A stretch of DNA of 63,234 nucleotides, counting the filler, from Octopus bimaculoides (Eukaryota): assembly GCF_001194135.2 (NCBI RefSeq). It is 4 parts of 4 records of this genome, joined end to end, with 100 filler letters (N's around TTAATTAATTAA, not from the genome) between each part and the next. Parts side by side here need not be neighbours in the genome. Positions count along the whole stretch, not along the records: positions 44,816 to 63,234 come from NC_068991.1; 3 more parts are not named here. One strand, written 5' to 3'. The first letter of the stretch is position 1. The number at the start of each line of letters is the position of its first letter. The notes under the pieces were generated by a model. That model was not told where the DNA came from. It saw only the letters and a list, made by a program, of their open reading frames with translations, and made no database searches. Position numbers and translations under genes: made by a program. Shown in pieces: positions 50,855-63,234 of this stretch.

Positions 50855-50995
50855 AACAAGCAGACATAAATATATACCTCTGTTGTTTATGTTCCGTATA
50901 TATCATGATTTAGAAATAAAAGCTAGTCATATACAACAGAATATGGAGAACAAGTTTACGTATAATGCATATATAATACATATATATATATACAT

Positions 50996-51069
<74 letters not shown>

Positions 51070-51087
51070 GTATATATACACATATAT

Positions 51088-51120
<33 letters not shown>

Positions 51121-51271
51121 CATTTATGTTTTATATATCTATATATTTATATATAGCGTATAATTATGAACGTATACACACATATATGTGTGTGTGTGTG
51201 GTGTGTGTGTGAGTGTGTGTGTGTGTGTGTGTATACACATATCTTTACGGACAACTAACTACTCACACACA

Positions 51272-51322
<51 letters not shown>

Positions 51323-52369
51323 ATACGTATACACCTACAAAATATGTAGTAGATATTTATAAATAAGTCTTCATTTTCGTGCTTATCTCTCTGAACCAAT
51401 GCACATCAAAGCTATTTTTTTTTTTTTTTGTTTCCGTCGAAATATTTATTGATATCTTTATAGAATCTTGATATATATTGGATAAAGTTTCTAAATATAC
51501 TACTNNNNNNNNNNNNNNNNNNNNNNNNNNNNNNNNNNNNNNNNNNNNNNNNNNNNNNNNNNNNNNNNNNNNNNNNNNNNNNNNNNNNNNNNNNNNNNNN
51601 NNNNNNNNNNNNNNNNNNNNNNNNNNNNNNNNNNNNNNNNNNNNNNNNNNNNNNNNNNNNNNNNNNNNNNNNNNNNNNNNNNNNNNNNNNNNNNNNNNNN
51701 NNNNNNNNNNNNNNNNNNNNNNNNNNNNNNNNNNNNNNNNNNNNNNNNNNNNNNNNNNNNNNNNNNNNNNNNNNNNNNNNNNNNNNNNNNNNNNNNNNNN
51801 NNNNNNNNNNNNNNNNNNNNNNNNNNNNNNNNNNNNNNNNNNNNNNNNNNNNNNNNNNNNNNNNNNNNNNNNNNNNNNNNNNNNNNNNNNNNNNNNNNNN
51901 NNNNNNNNNNNNNNNNNNNNNNNNNNNNNNNNNNNNNNNNNNNNNNNNNNNNNNNNNNNNNNNNNNNNNNNNNNNNNNNNNNNNNNNNNNNNNNNNNNNN
52001 NNNNNNNNNNNNNNNNNNNNNNNNNNNNNNNNNNNNNNNNNNNNNNNNNNNNNNNNNNNNNNNNNNNNNNNNNNNNNNNNNNNNNNNNNNNNNNNNNNNN
52101 NNNNNNNNNNNNNNNNNNNNNNNNNNNNNNNNNNNNNNNNNNNNNNNNNNNNNNNNNNNNNNNNNNNNNNNNNNNNNNNNNNNNNNNNNNNNNNNNNNNN
52201 NNNNNNNNNNNNNNNNNNNNNNNNNNNNNNNNNNNNNNNNNNNNNNNNNNNNNNNNNNNNNNNNNNNNNNNNNNNNNNNNNNNNNNNNNNNNNNNNNNNN
52301 NNNNNNNNNNNNATATGTAATTTGTGCACAAGTAAGCCTCACACACGTATATACCCACAAACATACATA

Positions 52370-52408
<39 letters not shown>

Positions 52409-53134
52409 TTATGCATATACACACATATATATGTATGCAATTTATTTATATCTAAATATACTTATACATAAATATACACACACACACACACACATTTACA
52501 TACACATATACACATATTCGCAGATAACGCATACATAACTACACACCATACCACACATGCGTGCATACATGTATGCATTTCGATATGCATGTTGTTAAAT
52601 GTTAAATGTATTGTAGGGATTAACAATGATGAAGTTGTTGGTGACAGACAGTTTGGTCTGTTGTGGAAAGGTCATCTGTTGATGAAGTAAATTAGTTAAT
52701 AATTATTGAGTTGTTATAAAGTCATGGAAGACAAGAGGTGCAAGAAACGATCCTAGTAATAACAACGGCGATTTAAAAACTTGTAATAGCAATTAACGAC
52801 GAGATTAGAGATTATTATTACTTATATTAACCCATTACCTCCCATAATTCTATTAACAGGAATTTTTTTTTATGAAACTTTGATTTCTAGCATAAAACAG
52901 CCTTAGAAACACGCTGGAATGATCAAAATAACATTTCAAAATAACATTTTAAAATAGAAATAAGCGAGATATTGGGTGACAAATTAGCAAACCTCATTTG
53001 AATATCAGAAATATACCTAGTAGATATAGCAAAAGGTTAGATATGTATAAATATTGACAGATAATTACGAAATTTGTAATTTTTAAATGATCTCATATGA
53101 GATCATTGATAGGTAATGGGTTAATGATAATAGT

Positions 53135-53962
53135 TTTTGGCACAGACCAACAGTTTTGAGAAAACGGGGCTGGTCGATTACATCAACCCCAGTACTTGAT
53201 TGGTATCGATCCCGAAAAGTAATAATTATTTTTGTTTGAAATTTAGCACAACGCCAGCATTTTTATGGTATAACTCGATTATTTCGACCTCGATAGTTGA
53301 TTGGCACTTTATTTTATTGGTCCTGAGAGGATGTAAATAATTTTGACCTCAGTGGGATTTGAACTCAGAACGTAAAGACTTACAATAAACACTTGCAAAT
53401 AATTTTTTCCAGTAGTCTGGCAACTCTGTCACCAACATAGAAACAAGGTCTGGAATTTAAGGAATTGGCTCATCGATTGTATCGACAGCACTACATGTCT
53501 GCTACTTTATTTTACCGACCCCCAAAGGATGAGAGGTAAAATTGACCCCATCGAGATTTGGACTTGGAACAGAAAGAGTTGCAAGAAATACCACAAGGTT
53601 CTAACAACGATTTTGCTAATCCATCGCACTTTCATCATAGACAACAGTGGCCTGTGTCATACGTAAAGCTTTTACAAGCCATTTGGGGATGTACGTATGT
53701 ATATGTAGAATATATGTGAGACAAAAATATTGTAGAAGTATTTATTTCTTTATTGCCCACAGGGGGTTAAACATAGAGGGGACAAACAAGGACAAAGGGA
53801 TTACATTGACCCACAGTGCGTAACTGGTACTTATTTAATCGACCCCGAAAGGATGAGAGGCAAAGTCGACCTCGGCGGAATTTGAACACAGAACGTAACG
53901 GCAGACGAAATACCGCTAAGCATTTCGCCCGGCGTGCTACCGATTCTGCCAGCTCGCCGCCC
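53135..53962 (-). mobile_element. Cluster of SINE A copies (several degraded, one young long-tail copy at about 53742-53962)
   Basis: Repeated reverse-complement matches to the family A body and head. Confidence 0.8.
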
Positions 53963-54059
53963 TATGTTGTACAGATATTGTTAAGATTAGGTAAATATTT
54001 GGTGCACAAAACAAAAAGGAACAACGTACCGGAACAGGGGCTAGAAATCAACAATTATG

Positions 54060-54620
54060 CAGAATCAGGGTCTCTATGCTTTTCACTCACTTGGTCCCAC
54101 TTGAAGCATAAGGCTATCGCCAGTTTCCCTCTTCTTATCCCCATTCTAAGCCTCCCTGTCTAATTCCTCAACACTTCCTCCATTCTCACTTTGTCGTGAA
54201 CAGTTCTTTGACTTTCCTCTCTTCCTTTTACCTTAGGGTGTGTTTGCTATTCGAAGGATTGCCTGACAACACTTTAATGGGTGCCTTCTGTGGGTGTGCT
54301 CAGTCCAACGCCATCTTGTTTGTATTCTGTATCAATAGGGACCTGTTGGATTTACTTCCAAAAGTGTAGATTTCCAGACGTAATTCGGCGGGAGGATTGC
54401 AACTCGTGGCTTCACATCAACGTCAGTGCCACCTCTTCGGCAAAATCACGTTCTGCAAACTGAATTATCTGAATTTACCCCTGAGTATCTTCGAACCATG
54501 CAGCCTCACATATACAGTGGCCAATGGTTGTTGGTTTTACCTACTGGCAATCCCTGCTGTGTACGATAATCATCATCCTTCATATTTTCAATCGGCACAT
54601 TACTCACCATGTTCTTTCTC
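54060..54620 (-). mobile_element. Degenerate RTE-clade LINE 3' fragment
   Basis: Minus translation TRWRWTEHTHRR..TP*GKRKRGKSKN resembles the RTE motif RWRWIGHTLR..PQGKRKRGRPKN; upstream QVPIDTEYK segment is also consistent. Confidence 0.7.
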
Positions 54621-55977
54621 TTTAAGCTCATTTAGCACGTCCAACACGTTTTTGTTAATATGAGGTTCCGACACTCCAGGAAAGTGGATGCCTCTTCATG
54701 AAGAACACTTGGCTTTTGAACTGGCTCACATTTTTATATTGCTTTTTTCTTGTCTTCCCGTCGCCTCAGCATGATGTAGCAGTGCTGCTGCTCGTAGTCC
54801 CTGACGAGTTCTGTGCTGGAAAATAAATGTTGTAACTCAGCATCTCGGTCGACTCTTTTCTCCATTTTTGTCTTTCTCCTCCGAGTAGAAGACCTTCAAG
54901 TAGCCTTTACCCACTACATGTGTAGGTAGTTTAAACCGTCTACTCTCCCTCGGTAGTGTTTCACATATAAGCCTTGTGATCTTTCGGCGCCATTAGAATC
55001 TAAACGTCATTATAGACCCCCACTCGACTATGTATCATTGCAGACAGCTTTCACATATATTGTCTACATGTATTATGCTGCAAAACTACCATGTCAAGGA
55101 TCAATGATATGTCTGGCCGGAACCTTCGTATTTATTCACTTTTCATACTGCTGCACTAATATATGGACATTTGTGTGACGCACCATCTTTGCCTGTCTCC
55201 TCGTTTTATTCCAGACGCATACCTTTCCATGCTCTGACTCGGGCGATGGAGCACATAGCTTGTCAAATTTTTTCTTGTTTGTTTTTTAAAATTTAATTTC
55301 CGTGATCTCAAGAATTTTGGGTCGTATTCCTTGTTGCAACATTAACAACAACAACAACAACAATAATTTCAGTTATTTCTCCGAAGGGCTCAGTTATTCA
55401 CAAACTTATCACACAAAGTTTATGAGACATAAGGGATAACACTGAGAGTTGCATAAAAACGAGAGGTAGATTAAAACACTATCCGATATGAGATATTTAA
55501 AATTTAGATAAAATCGCAAATAAGCAATGAATAGAAAGATATAAATAAACATAAATAAAACTGAAATAGCAAAAAAGATATCATCCTCACACAAATGAGA
55601 AACTGCCACGCAGATCGAATCAGAACCCTGCATCATTTCACCGGCCTTCCATTCTTGAAACTGGAAACTAGCTCATCCTAAAATCTCTTTGAATATATTC
55701 TGTTACTCGAGGATTCCACATCCTGTGGTCTTGTCTTTAAGCGGTTTTCGGCTATCGGTAATCTATTATATGAATACCTTTTGAGTTCCATGCCCTTCTG
55801 AATCCCTACATAGTTCACTAATCTTTTCTTCAGCTCGCTTATGAAATCTATGAGTGTCGTTGGTGTTCCATGCAGCCGTGAATCTCACAGTCGCATGGCC
55901 CGGAGAACTTTCTCTGAAGGTCATACATACCTTCGGCTCAATTTTTGTCTTTTGTGTTTTTTTTTTTTTGTGTGCAG

Positions 55978-56054
<77 letters not shown>

Positions 56055-58214
56055 AATAAAACAAAACATGTAAGATTGTTTATAAGAGATATTTAGTTAC
56101 ACTATCTTTCGTTCGTTTCATTAATAATTGGAGATTATTAGTTACGTAATGTAAATTAGATTATCAAGATGTACTGTCAAATCGTCAAAGACGTGTTACG
56201 TTTATATGTCGCAGTATTTGGACTATAGAAATATTGACTGAAGTAACCATCGTGAAGATTACGTATAAAAGGTTACATGTCACTGATAATTTGACAATAC
56301 ATCTTATGTATATATATGTATGTACGTAAGTTAGAAGTAAAAAATGCATGAAAATTCATCATATGTATGTAATTATGTATATATGTATGTGTTGTGTGCG
56401 TGTGTGTGTATGCTTTTCGTGACTATTTACGACTCCTCTTAGTTTACTACTCCTCCTTATCGTCACAGGACAATAGGGTGGTATTGCTGAGAAGGCCTCT
56501 TGAGTTGCTAGTCGTCGGTTCCACAAAATGAAACTATTTTTCTGATATCCTAAAAAGTGCGAAAGGTTGAGCTCCCAAATAGCAATGTATGGGTTTGTTG
56601 TTGTTGTTGTTGTAATTGCTGCCTCTGTCGTTGTCCATCACTTTCTTTCTTTGCTTTTGCAGCTACTTTTACCTGAAAGCCCTGAAGAGGTTCTCACCTC
56701 CAACATATTTCTAACTAGGGCTTTTTACCCTGCACCACCTGCTTAATTGCTTTAATTTTTATTCCCATAGTGAAATACAGCTCCGTAAATACATTAGCGA
56801 GTGTTGGAGGTGATCAGAACTTGCATGTCCATGCACGTCCCTCTCGAGCACATTGTTAAAGTGTGTTAACTCTGCATTCATCCCCTGCTGTCTTGTGCCG
56901 CAAAGTTGAAGAAAAGTCTAGGATCAGTAAGTATCACAACCAACATCTCTGATTGTGAACTTACTGCTTCATTTTTCTATATTCTGCGTATCACCTGAGA
57001 ACAAGTATGTGGTGTACCAACACCGTTTGTCGCTTTTGTTTTCATTGCCTTAAAGACCAAGGACACTCCTTAATATATCCCAACATGTTCGGTTGTGCAT
57101 ACATTGACCAACGTTTGTTGTAGCTTCCTTCGAGAAAAACAGAATTACGTTACTCTCTTACTTGTCATTTTTTCTAAGAATTTCTAGGGCATCCGTTCAC
57201 TATAGGATAGACCACCAAAAATTGCAAAGTTCCTTGTTTACAAAACGAAATAATAAAAAAAAGTATTTTTTATTTATCAATTATATCTTGGTAAAATCCA
57301 ACATTTCAACGGATCTCTCTCAAAGACGTTCACAGACGTCCACTCACAGCAACAACAACAGCAACAATAAATAATATAAATATATTCGCCATGTCACTAC
57401 AGCTTCTATTAAACAAGAAAATGCAACGTTCTGCAGTTACCACCCCAAAGCTGATGTAAACAGAATACAACCATCCCGTTCACAATGAGGGTGGGTCTGA
57501 TACTTAGAAGCAAGTAAAATAACAAAACCATTTTTTCTATGTATAAGAAAACAAGAAAATGCAAACTAGGAATTAAGGATAACACAGCAAACGATATTAA
57601 AATACAAAACACAAAATCAAAACGAATTCTAAAATGTAGTTAAGTAAAAATGGAGGGAAAACACTTACGAGTCTGAATTGAGATGAAGCAAACCAGAGTG
57701 AACGTCAATAATGGTCCGAAACACTCCGCTAAAATCAGAAACGAATGGTTTGACTTTATCTGCATAGAACCAGTGACAAGTCACAAACAGCTACGGAAAT
57801 ATAATAAAAAGATCAAGTGCAAGTAATGTAATCGGTAGACTGAGACGACGGCCATATTTCTGGTAGTCCTCACCAAGTTAAAGTACATTGAGAGGCACAG
57901 TCGACTCGGCTACCATGTCCACTGCCAGTCCAATTAACATTTTGATGTGACCATAGACATTTGTATCATGTCCAAAATTTTAAGGACTAAAATAACAGGA
58001 TGTGGGACATGAAACTAAAATCATTATCAATTACTATTAGGTGCATTAGTTATGGTCAAAATATTTGAACAAAAGTATACATAGCTCACTGGTGCGCAGA
58101 ACATTTCATATGGGCCAAAAAGATAAAAACCGTAGTAAGTGTAGCCCACATCCGACGCAAGACGATTTCATACCAGTAACACAAACACTACATACAACCC
58201 GATATACTCTATAC

Positions 58215-58682
58215 CGGTGGTTCTCTACTGGGGTCCGGTATAAGATTTTGTTGTCGAAATTTATGTGCAATAAATTGGTTATACTTCTACAATACACAAA
58301 ATATTTTTAATATTTTTAAACAATTCCGAGTAATATTGATTTTAAATTTTGACACAAGACCAGCAATTTCGGGAGAGGGAATAAGTCAAATACATCAACC
58401 CCAGTGTTCAACTGGTACTTATTTTATCAACCACGAAAGAAGGAAAGGCAAAGTCGAACTCGGCGGAAAATGAATTCAGAACGTGAAGACGGATGAAATG
58501 CCGCTAAAAAATTTAGGCTACGTGCTAACGATTCTGCCAGCTCGCCGCCTTAGAATTCCTAGTAATATTAAATTATAAAAATACAGGATGTATTTTTATA
58601 TACGTTGAATGGCTGGGAAAGCCCAGGAGAATAAAATAGGAATCAAAGGGTTTCATAGGCAAAAAATTGTTAAGAACCATCG
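58215..58682. mobile_element. hAT-like MITE interrupted by a SINE
   Basis: Ends CGGTGGTTCTCTAC / GTTAAGAACCATCG; similar flanks ctctatac / ttctatgc. Confidence 0.55.
58338..58553 (-). mobile_element. Full-length SINE A with 16-bp target-site duplication
   Basis: Flanks AATTCCGAGTAATATT (58322-58337) and AATTCCTAGTAATATT (58554-58569). Confidence 0.9.
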
Positions 58683-59336
58683 CTTCTATGCAATAACTAA
58701 CCAATATAACAAACACAAGACACTATAAAATCTCTGTTATAACACAACACTTATTCTACATAATTATCACCAAATACCATAACACAATAACAATACTATT
58801 ATAGAATCGATACTTGACACTATACCAGCACAAACATCATTAAAAATGGTTGCCGCCCATTAACATAATTACAAGCTAATTGGCACAACACGACACTAAC
58901 ACCTGCGACACAACTCACAGCACAGATTGACGGAACAAACATCATCCAACAAAATAATACAACTGCCATTGTGCGGATACTATACAACAGATTCAACATT
59001 AAAGCAACACCAGAAACAGCAAACGAAAATCCGACAACAATGCAGAACTGATGTAGGATACCAATACAATTGCATATTCTCCAGAAGACCCCCACCACCA
59101 CCACCACCACCACCACCGTCTGGAAATACAGAGCTGCAGCAGGTGATGCAGAAGAAATTGCATAAAAGTGTTGAAATAGTGATAAGAAAAAAAATTAATA
59201 AATGATGATAATGATGATGATGATGATGATTCTCCAATAGGAAGAAACGGGAGGAGTACTCAATACAAACATCAAGTGCAATAGTTTAAGCCGATCCTGT
59301 GGTCTTTTTATTCTTGAGATTCCCTGATTGTATCAG

Positions 59337-59416
<80 letters not shown>

Positions 59417-60041
59417 NNNNNNNNNNNNNNNNNNNNNNNNNNNNNNNNNNNNNNNNNNNNNNNNNNNNNNNNNNNNNNNNNNNNNNNNNNNNNNNNNNNN
59501 NNNNNNNNNNNNNNNNNNNNNNNNNNNNNNNNNNNNNNNNNNNNNNNNNNNNNNNNNNNNNNNNNNNNNNNNNNNNNNNNNNNNNNNNNNNNNNNNNNNN
59601 NNNNNNNNNNNNNNNNNNNNNNNNNNNNNNNNNNNNNNNNNNNNNNNNNNNNNNNNNNNNNNNNNNNNNNNNNNNNNNNNNNNNNNNNNNNNNNNNNNNN
59701 NNNNNNNNNNNNNNNNNNNNNNNNNNNNNNNNNNNNNNNNNNNNNNNNNNNNNNNNNNNNNNNNNNNNNNNNNNNNNNNNNNNNNNNNNNNNNNNNNNNN
59801 NNNNNNNNNNNNNNNNNNNNNNNNNNNNNNNNNNNNNNNNNNNNNNNNNNNNNNNNNNNNNNNNNNNNNNNNNNNNNNNNNNNNNNNNNNNNNNNNNNNN
59901 NNNNNNNNNNNNNNNNNNNNNNNNNNNNNNNNNNNNNNNNNNNNNNNNNNNNNNNNNNNNNNNNNNNNNNNNNNNNNNNNNNNNNNNNNNNNNNNNNNNN
60001 NNNNNNNNNNNNNNNNNNNNNNNNNNNNNNNNNNNNNNNNN

Positions 60042-60098
<57 letters not shown>

Positions 60099-60626
60099 CG
60101 CACGCTCAAACGCACACACACCCACACACGTACACACAATCATCTCTATATGAACATCGCTATATTAAAAAGTTAACCACGTTCAACAATATCTCTCATT
60201 TGAAACTTAAATTTGAAAAAAACAACATTGTTTTTATTTTCTTTTACATAAATTACAATCTTTTGCACCTTGCCTTATATCCCTACACTTTTACTTCCCC
60301 CGGCGACATGGACCTCAAAGACACATCAATTTGAAGACTCTACGAAAAAGTGTCCCCATTTTTTCCTCATTGATTCACTCGTGTACCTGTCTGTCATTCG
60401 CATACTCCTATTATCATTCTTGAGATGTTTGAAACATCAAATCGCAACACTACAAGTTGACAATTCTTATCTAATCGTATCGATATATTAATGTATTGAT
60501 TCGCTTGTACACACGAAAACACACACATACATACCTACATACACACATATCATATAATATAATAAAATGCATATAAAGTATATACATGTATATACATCAT
60601 ATACACTGCTATAAATATGAATATAA

Positions 60627-60660
<34 letters not shown>

Positions 60661-60807
60661 CATATATAATACCTATAACAGTACATATAAAATACCTGTA
60701 ACCGTACAGTCTTATACATTTACATGTGTATTATATGTGTGCGTGTGTGTATGTGTGTGTGTGTACAAACACATACACACATGTAGGTATCTACATGTAT
60801 GCGTGTC

Positions 60808-60855
<48 letters not shown>

Positions 60856-60867
<12 letters not shown>

Positions 60868-60939
60868 AACATAATTAAGGGTCAACAACAGTTGCTTCAC
60901 CACTGTTGCTGACCCCTTAATTATGTTTATAAATGTATA
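60856..60939. repeat. Long hairpin (about 37-bp stem, 9-nt loop)
   Basis: ATTTATAAACATAATTAAGGGTCAACAACAGT-tgcttcacc-ACTGTTGCTGACCCCTTAATTATGTTTATAAAT. Confidence 0.9.
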
Positions 60940-61511
60940 AGAATTTTTAAATAAGTTCTTCACCGATAATGGTGCTATTATACCGAAGGGCTTGGTAAAA
61001 ATTATTAATTATTAATTTATTAATAAATTAATAAATTGATAATCCTTTACCCTTTTAATTGTAATAATTATATATATATGCGCATTTAGAAATATAGTCA
61101 CACACATCCTCACACTAAAATCTATACATGATACGCGGTTATAAAATAAAAATAATTTAAATTTCGCTTGAACCAGACTATTTCGCTACACAACACTGTG
61201 TCTGAATACACACACACATAAACACAGATTATGTATGTATATATGTTTGTGTATGTAAGCATGTATGTACGCCAAACGCCACAACTGTCCAACTGTCTTT
61301 AGACCTTAGTGAATACTATGAACAGTCAGTTGTTGCTCATCTATTATTAATATATTGTTCGGATAATAATCTCCATGCTGTATTCTTCTCATAAGAAATT
61401 ACTCATGCTGTACTCTATATACACTGACGGACAGATTCTTATTACTATGGGGTTAACAACAACAATGTCCAGCTACAAGAATACAAAAGAAACAACAACA
61501 ACAACGATGAT

Positions 61512-61576
<65 letters not shown>

Positions 61577-61687
61577 TGATGATGATGATGAATGCGAATG
61601 TTATTGAAGTTGAATTTTCTTTTTCATATATCACCTACTGGATATACGTCGAACAACTTGAATATACAAGCTTATACACATATACTT

Positions 61688-61758
<71 letters not shown>

Positions 61759-62300
61759 NNNNNNNNNNNNNNNNNNNNNNNNNNNNNNNNNNNNNNNNNN
61801 NNNNNNNNNNNNNNNNNNNNNNNNNNNNNNNNNNNNNNNNNNNNNNNNNNNNNNNNNNNNNNNNNNNNNNNNNNNNNNNNNNNNNNNNNNNNNNNNNNNN
61901 NNNNNNNNNNNNNNNNNNNNNNNNNNNNNNNNNNNNNNNNNNNNNNNNNNNNNNNNNNNNNNNNNNNNNNNNNNNNNNNNNNNNNNNNNNNNNNNNNNNN
62001 NNNNNNNNNNNNNNNNNNNNNNNNNNNNNNNNNNNNNNNNNNNNNNNNNNNNNNNNNNNNNNNNNNNNNNNNNNNNNNNNNNNNNNNNNNNNNNNNNNNN
62101 NNNNNNNNNNNNNNNNNNNNNNNNNNNNNNNNNNNNNNNNNNNNNNNNNNNNNNNNNNNNNNNNNNNNNNNNNNNNNNNNNNNNNNNNNNNNNNNNNNNN
62201 NNNNNNNNNNNNNNNNNNNNNNNNNNNNNNNNNNNNNNNNNNNNNNNNNNNNNNNNNNNNNNNNNNNNNNNNNNNNNNNNNNNNNNNNNNNNNNNNNNNN

Positions 62301-62340
<40 letters not shown>

Positions 62341-62851
62341 ATGTTCAGAATAGAAAACACTTTTAGGTGCAACATTGGCTTTCTGGATTAATTTACACTC
62401 ATGTACAGGTATCTATATTTCATTTAATTAATTAAATAAATTTAAGGTTTGTTTAATTTAGTGATGGTCACACCTGTTTTTGAAAAAACTCCATAGTTCG
62501 GAAAGAGCTTGGAGTCAAAGGTTCCAGAAAATCGATATATACATGTCCAAAATACTTTTAGGAAGAACAAAAAGACAACGTAGTCGGTCGGCATCGACTT
62601 AACTTTTGATCTATCCGTAGGTGAATGATGACTTTGAAAATGTATTAGTAATATCCTGTATTTAATTGATCTACCTCTGTTGCTGCTCACTGAGCACGTT
62701 CTCTCTCTCATATTCCTGCAAAGGCTGGCCTTGTATCTAATAGAAAAGTTTTACTATTTTTGGATGGCCCAAGCATAGCTGTGTGGTAAGAAGTTTGCTT
62801 TCCAATCTCATCGTTCTGAGTTTAGTCCCTCTGCGTGGCGGTTATATATAT

Positions 62852-63234
62852 ACTCTTACTCTTTACTCTCACTCTCTTTTACTCTTTTACTTGTTTCAGT
62901 CATTTGACTGCGGCCATGCTGGAGCACCGCCTTTAGTCGAACAAATCGACCCAAGGACTTATTCTTTGTAAGCCTAGTACTTANNNNNNNNNNGAACAAA
63001 TCGACCCAAGGACTTATTCTTTGTAAGCCTAGTACTTATTCTATCGGTCTCTTTTTGCCGAACCGCTAAGTTACGGGGACGTAACACACACCAGCATCGG
63101 TTGTCAAGCAAGGTGGGGGACAAACATAGACACACGAACACACACATATATATATATATATATACATATATACGACGGGCTTCTTTCAGTTTCCGTCTAC
63201 CAAATCCACTCACAACCATGTGGTTGGTAAGCAA
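62852..63234 (-). mobile_element. SINE B (3' tail to head), preceded by a plus-strand head fragment at about 62770-62840
   Basis: rc GGCGGTGCTCCAGCATGGCCGCAGTCAAATGACTGAAACAAGTAAAAGAG tail; internal (TA/TG)n. Confidence 0.88.

Noticed and set aside
54802-54830. CTGACGA..GGAAA hammerhead-like words (also CTGATGA at about 4046)
   Set aside because: No compatible stems I-III or cleavage triplet
58820-59237. Hydrophobic membrane-like and signal-peptide-like minus ORFs, and a Pro-rich plus ORF
   Set aside because: Underlain by degenerate (ACA)n/(CAC)n/(GAT)n low-complexity DNA that yields V/C/L/G-rich text automatically; no splice or family support
61009-61034. 26-bp perfect palindrome
   Set aside because: Composed only of A/T in low-complexity DNA, so expected by chance
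62939-63038. 45-nt direct repeat on both sides of a 10-N gap
   Set aside because: An exact duplicate of SINE sequence across a gap is best explained by an unmerged contig overlap

Overview
This is AT-rich, microsatellite-saturated animal genomic DNA with many N-gaps. The repeat landscape suggests an octopus-like cephalopod scaffold (inference only). One protein-coding gene is well supported: a + strand bestrophin (Ca2+-activated anion channel family) with nine coding exons, join(29845..30023,34947..35081,35670..35836,36977..37131,38216..38293,39329..39481,40219..40299,41138..41289,43321..43726). All introns are GT-AG, the phases are consistent, and the CDS is 1506 nt (501 aa plus stop). Exons 2 and 5 are absent from the supplied ORF track and were read by hand. 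The rest of the window is transposon debris: several tRNA-derived SINE families, CR1-, RTE-, CRE- and Penelope-like retroelement fragments (one with a minimal hammerhead ribozyme motif), a complete but dead Tc1 element, mariner/maT/hAT MITEs, a tRNA-Leu pseudogene, and abundant simple repeats. I see no convincing wholly novel system. The best leads are the unusual channel-aperture residues of the bestrophin, a LINE/SINE pair sharing a 3' tail, a dimeric SINE, the hammerhead motif, two structured-RNA candidates and a possible secreted Asp-rich ORF. All family assignments come from manual motif recognition, with no database search.
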